Shown here piece by piece: positions 61,068-64,000 of a stretch of DNA of 64,000 nt (the first letter of the stretch is position 1; the number at the start of each line of letters is the position of its first letter). The translations under genes and the position numbers were made by a program. Source of the DNA: Candidatus Eiseniibacteriota bacterium (GTDB taxonomy: Bacteria; Eisenbacteria; RBG-16-71-46; CAIMUX01; VGJL01); contig CAWBWI010000002.1 of NCBI GenBank assembly GCA_963792585.1, forward strand, positions 256,001-320,000, in the 5' to 3' direction. Below the pieces are notes generated by a model, which saw nothing but the letters and a program-made list of their open reading frames with translations, ran no database searches and was not told where the DNA came from.

Positions 61068-61715
61068 ATGTCGAACCTACGCGTCAGCGAGATCTTCTAC
61101 AGCATCCAGGGCGAGTCGACCCGCGCAGGCTTGCCTTGCGTCTTCGTGCGCCTCACCGGATGCCCGATGCGGTGCGTCTGGTGCGACACCGCGTACGCAT
61201 TCGAAGGGGGCCGCACCCTGTCGATCGACGAGATCGTCGGCGAGATCGACGGCTACCCCACGCGCACGGTCGAGGTCACGGGGGGAGAACCCCTGGCGCA
61301 ACGTGACGCCCCCTCGCTGATCGCGCGCCTACTCGATGGAGGTTGGACGGTTCTCGTCGAGACCGGGGGCGGTGTGACGATCGCGGGCGTCGATCCGCGC
61401 GCGCTGCTCGTCTATGACATCAAGTGTCCCGACAGCGGAGAGGAGGGGGCGAACCTCTGGGCGAACCTCGACCTCCTCAAGCCGGGATTCGACGAGATCA
61501 AGTTCGTCCTCGCGTCGCGCCGCGACTATCTCTGGGCGGCCGACCTGGTGCGAACACGAGGATTTGCGGAGCGACACGCGGTTCTGTTCTCGCCCGCCCA
61601 CGGCCTCCTCGATCCGACCCAACTCGCCGGCTGGATCCTCGACGACGGCCTCCCCGTGCGGCTGCAACTGCAGCTGCACAAGATCCTCTGGGCGCCCGAA
61701 GCGAGGGGCGTCTAG
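61068..61715 (+). CDS. queE: 7-carboxy-7-deazaguanine synthase (radical SAM)
   Basis: SEIFYSIQGE, FVRLTGCPMRCVWCDT, TGGEP, QLQLHK. Confidence 0.93.
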   Translation: MSNLRVSEIFYSIQGESTRAGLPCVFVRLTGCPMRCVWCDTAYAFEGGRTLSIDEIVGEIDGYPTRTVEVTGGEPLAQRDAPSLIARLLDGGWTVLVETGGGVTIAGVDPRALLVYDIKCPDSGEEGANLWANLDLLKPGFDEIKFVLASRRDYLWAADLVRTRGFAERHAVLFSPAHGLLDPTQLAGWILDDGLPVRLQLQLHKILWAPEARGV

Positions 61716-61717
61716 CC

Positions 61718-62398
61718 GTGCGCGGCCGTGCCGTCGTCCTCCTGAGCGGCGGGCTCGACTCGGCCGTCGTTCTGGCGATCGCGGGACGCGATCACGAGGA
61801 CGTCTACGCCCTCACCGTCCGTTATGGACAACGCCACGCGATCGAGGTCGAATGTGCGCGAGCGATCGCTCGGGAAGCGGGCGTGCGCGAGCATCGGATT
61901 CTCGACGTCGACCTGTCCTCCTGGGGAGGATCCACCCTGACCGGTGATGGGGACGTGCCGAAGGATCGAGAGCTCGCCGACGCAACGGTGGATATCCCGT
62001 CAACCTACGTGCCCGCGCGCAACACGATTCTCCTGTCCCTGGCGCTTGGTTGGGCGGAGGTGCTCCACGCGGAGGCGATCTACATCGGCGCCCACACGCA
62101 AGACGCGGGCGGCTACCCCGACACCCGGCCGGAGTACCTCGAGGCCTATGAGCGGATGTGCGCGCTGGCGACCCGAGCCGGGTTGGATGGGCGGGGCCCG
62201 CGGATTGCAGCGCCCCTGCTCCACATGTCGAAGGCCGAAGTCATCGCGACGGGCCGCAAGCTCGGCGTCGACTTCGGGAAGACGTCGAGTTGCTACGATC
62301 CGCTCCCATCGGGCGCGCCCTGCGGCCGATGCGACTCGTGCCGCTTGCGCGCGAAGGGATTCGAGGAGGCCGGCGCGGTCGATCCGAGGGACGCCTGA
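61718..62398 (+). CDS. queC: 7-cyano-7-deazaguanine synthase
   Basis: LLSGGLDS, YGQRH, TYVPARN, GYPD, SCY, CGRCDSCRLR. Confidence 0.96.
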   Translation: MRGRAVVLLSGGLDSAVVLAIAGRDHEDVYALTVRYGQRHAIEVECARAIAREAGVREHRILDVDLSSWGGSTLTGDGDVPKDRELADATVDIPSTYVPARNTILLSLALGWAEVLHAEAIYIGAHTQDAGGYPDTRPEYLEAYERMCALATRAGLDGRGPRIAAPLLHMSKAEVIATGRKLGVDFGKTSSCYDPLPSGAPCGRCDSCRLRAKGFEEAGAVDPRDA

Positions 62399-63444
62399 TC
62401 GGGCACGGACCCGTCATCGAGGAGGTCCGGCTCGGGACCCTCGACCTCACCCTGCGCAAGACATTCCGCACCCATTGGAAGAAACTCCGCGACCACGCGA
62501 CGCTTCATGTCCGCGTGCGGTCCGGCGCGGTCTGGGGTGAAGGGGAAGCCTACACGATGGACCTCGACGGAGGTCTTGGCGCACTCCGCGAGCTGCGTGT
62601 CGAGGGGCGCGAGATCTCGGACATGGTCGAAGCCCTCGATTCGATCACCGACTCGGCCGCCAGATCGGCGTTGGACCTGGCGTTCCACGATCTGCTCGGC
62701 CGACTCCGCGGCATCCCCGTTTGGCGCCTCCTCGGATTGTCCCGAGCGACGCGAACCACCTGCGTGTCGATCGGCATCGATGAGCCCGAGGCGATGCTCC
62801 AGGATGCGCGCGAGTGGATCGGAAGGGGATTCCCGATCCTGAAGGTGAAGATCACGACCGGGACCGACCCCGACCTGTTGCGCCGGATCCGTGCAATCGG
62901 CGGTCCTTCCCTACGGCTTTGGGTAGACGCCAACCAGGCGTTCGACCCCGGGGGAGCGGTTTCGTTCGCCCGCACGCTTGCCGAAGTCGGGGTCGAGGTA
63001 TTCGAGCAACCCCTTGCGGTCGGCCATCTCGAAAGCTACGCCGCGATCCGATCGGAGATCGCGATCCCGATCATTCTCGATGAGGAGATCCACTCCCCTG
63101 AAGACGTCGCCCGCGCCGCCCTTGTCGGGGGGATCGACGGTATCAATGTGAAGCTCGCGAAGATGGGCGGCATCCGCGCGGGATTGCGTGCGATCCGCGT
63201 GGCGCGCGCGCACGGTCTGCGGGTCTTCCTGGGCTGTTACTTCGAGAGTTCCCTGGGAATCGCCGGGGCGGCAGCCCTTCTCGCGCACGCGGACTATGTC
63301 GACCTCGACTCACCGCTCCATCTCGCCGACGATCCCTACTCCGGTCTCGACTTTTGCGGCGCGGAGATCTCTCCTCCGGACGCCCCGGGTCTCGGCGTCG
63401 GCGGCTCGATGCGAAAAACCCCGCTCCGAGATGAAGCGGGGTGA
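62395..63444 (+). CDS. Dipeptide epimerase (enolase superfamily)
   Basis: GEGEA, LKVKI, VDANQ, FEQP, ILDE, INVKLAKMGG, GCYFES, YVDLD. Start uncertain. Confidence 0.85.
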   Translation: MIGHGPVIEEVRLGTLDLTLRKTFRTHWKKLRDHATLHVRVRSGAVWGEGEAYTMDLDGGLGALRELRVEGREISDMVEALDSITDSAARSALDLAFHDLLGRLRGIPVWRLLGLSRATRTTCVSIGIDEPEAMLQDAREWIGRGFPILKVKITTGTDPDLLRRIRAIGGPSLRLWVDANQAFDPGGAVSFARTLAEVGVEVFEQPLAVGHLESYAAIRSEIAIPIILDEEIHSPEDVARAALVGGIDGINVKLAKMGGIRAGLRAIRVARAHGLRVFLGCYFESSLGIAGAAALLAHADYVDLDSPLHLADDPYSGLDFCGAEISPPDAPGLGVGGSMRKTPLRDEAG

Positions 63445-63466
63445 GATCGAAGCGGTCCGACCGCGT

Positions 63467-63994
63467 CTACTTGTACAGGTTCTTGATGAGACCCCAGGTA
63501 GAAGTCTTGGTTGTGTTCGCCTCACGGAGCGCGTCCTCCACCGCCGACTTCATCCCCGCCTCATTGTAGGTCTGGGCGACATACCGAACCGTTCCGCTGC
63601 TGTCCACGAGGACGAAGCTGTTCGTCGGAACGTCGTAGAGACCGCGGGTGGCAGAGCCGTCCAGGAGGAGCGGGAAGAGCGCACCGGTTTCATCTCCAAA
63701 CGCCCCCACCTCGTCACTGGACCCACCGTCGCACTCGATCCCGAGCACGATCAGGCCGCGGGTCGCGTAGCTCTCGTAGAACGAACTCTGCACGAGGGGA
63801 GCGTTTGAAATCGAGGTCGCGTCCTCGTATCCGAAGAACATCAACAGGACAGGATGGGAGTTGTAGGCGGAGAGTGAGTGCGACTGGGAGTCCAGGTCGT
63901 AGAGGGTGAAAGCGGGAGCCGTCTCACCCACCTCCACGGCCGGCGCGGGACCTGCCAGGCCGACGAGGCTCAAAGCAGCGATGAGGATCCACAC
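63467..63994 (-). CDS. Exported AhpC/TSA-TlpA-fold protein lacking CxxC, with TWG tail; may extend past the window edge
   Basis: Signal peptide; VGETAPAFTLYDL, FPLLLD, VPTNSFVLVDSSG; ends TWGLIKNLYK. Confidence 0.75.
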   Translation of the reverse strand: MWILIAALSLVGLAGPAPAVEVGETAPAFTLYDLDSQSHSLSAYNSHPVLLMFFGYEDATSISNAPLVQSSFYESYATRGLIVLGIECDGGSSDEVGAFGDETGALFPLLLDGSATRGLYDVPTNSFVLVDSSGTVRYVAQTYNEAGMKSAVEDALREANTTKTSTWGLIKNLYK

Positions 63995-64000
63995 CCTCTG

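Overview
GC-rich bacterial chromosomal window, almost fully coding, with about 57 genes. Secreted proteins with FlgD/T9SS-like C-terminal domains and TWGxIK tails suggest an FCB-superphylum lineage such as Eisenbacteria, Krumholzibacteriota or Latescibacterota; this taxonomy is inferred. Recognisable blocks: glyQS and suhB; secreted and membrane proteases (S8, HEXXH repeat protein, gluzincin-barrel, PrsW, M48, HtrA); a B12 block (nrdJ, pduO-type adenosyltransferase, ACT-only protein, methylmalonyl-CoA mutase); mtaB-miaB; iscS-iscA; three tandem paralogous lipoproteins; a complete classical menaquinone operon (menFDHBACE plus a thioesterase); PTPS-folE-SDR; an archaeal-type GAPDH-like gene; rpoZ; queE-queC. 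No rRNA, tRNA, CRISPR array, transposase or integrase was seen. Five genes carry single-base frameshifts that look like assembly errors. Most striking unexplained signals: (1) an intergenic transcript-like element at about 22585-22787 with a 17-nt complement of the 16S rRNA 3' end, an 11-codon ORF and a structured 3' domain; (2) a 10-residue C-terminal TWGxI[KR]xx[YFW]x tag on four exported proteins of two unrelated folds; (3) a TPR-Fis-HTH-AT-hook protein with no AAA+ domain; (4) a probable tetrahydrobiopterin-type operon; (5) a MutT-flavoreductase fusion ahead of queE-queC. All family calls come from motif recognition by eye, not from database searches.
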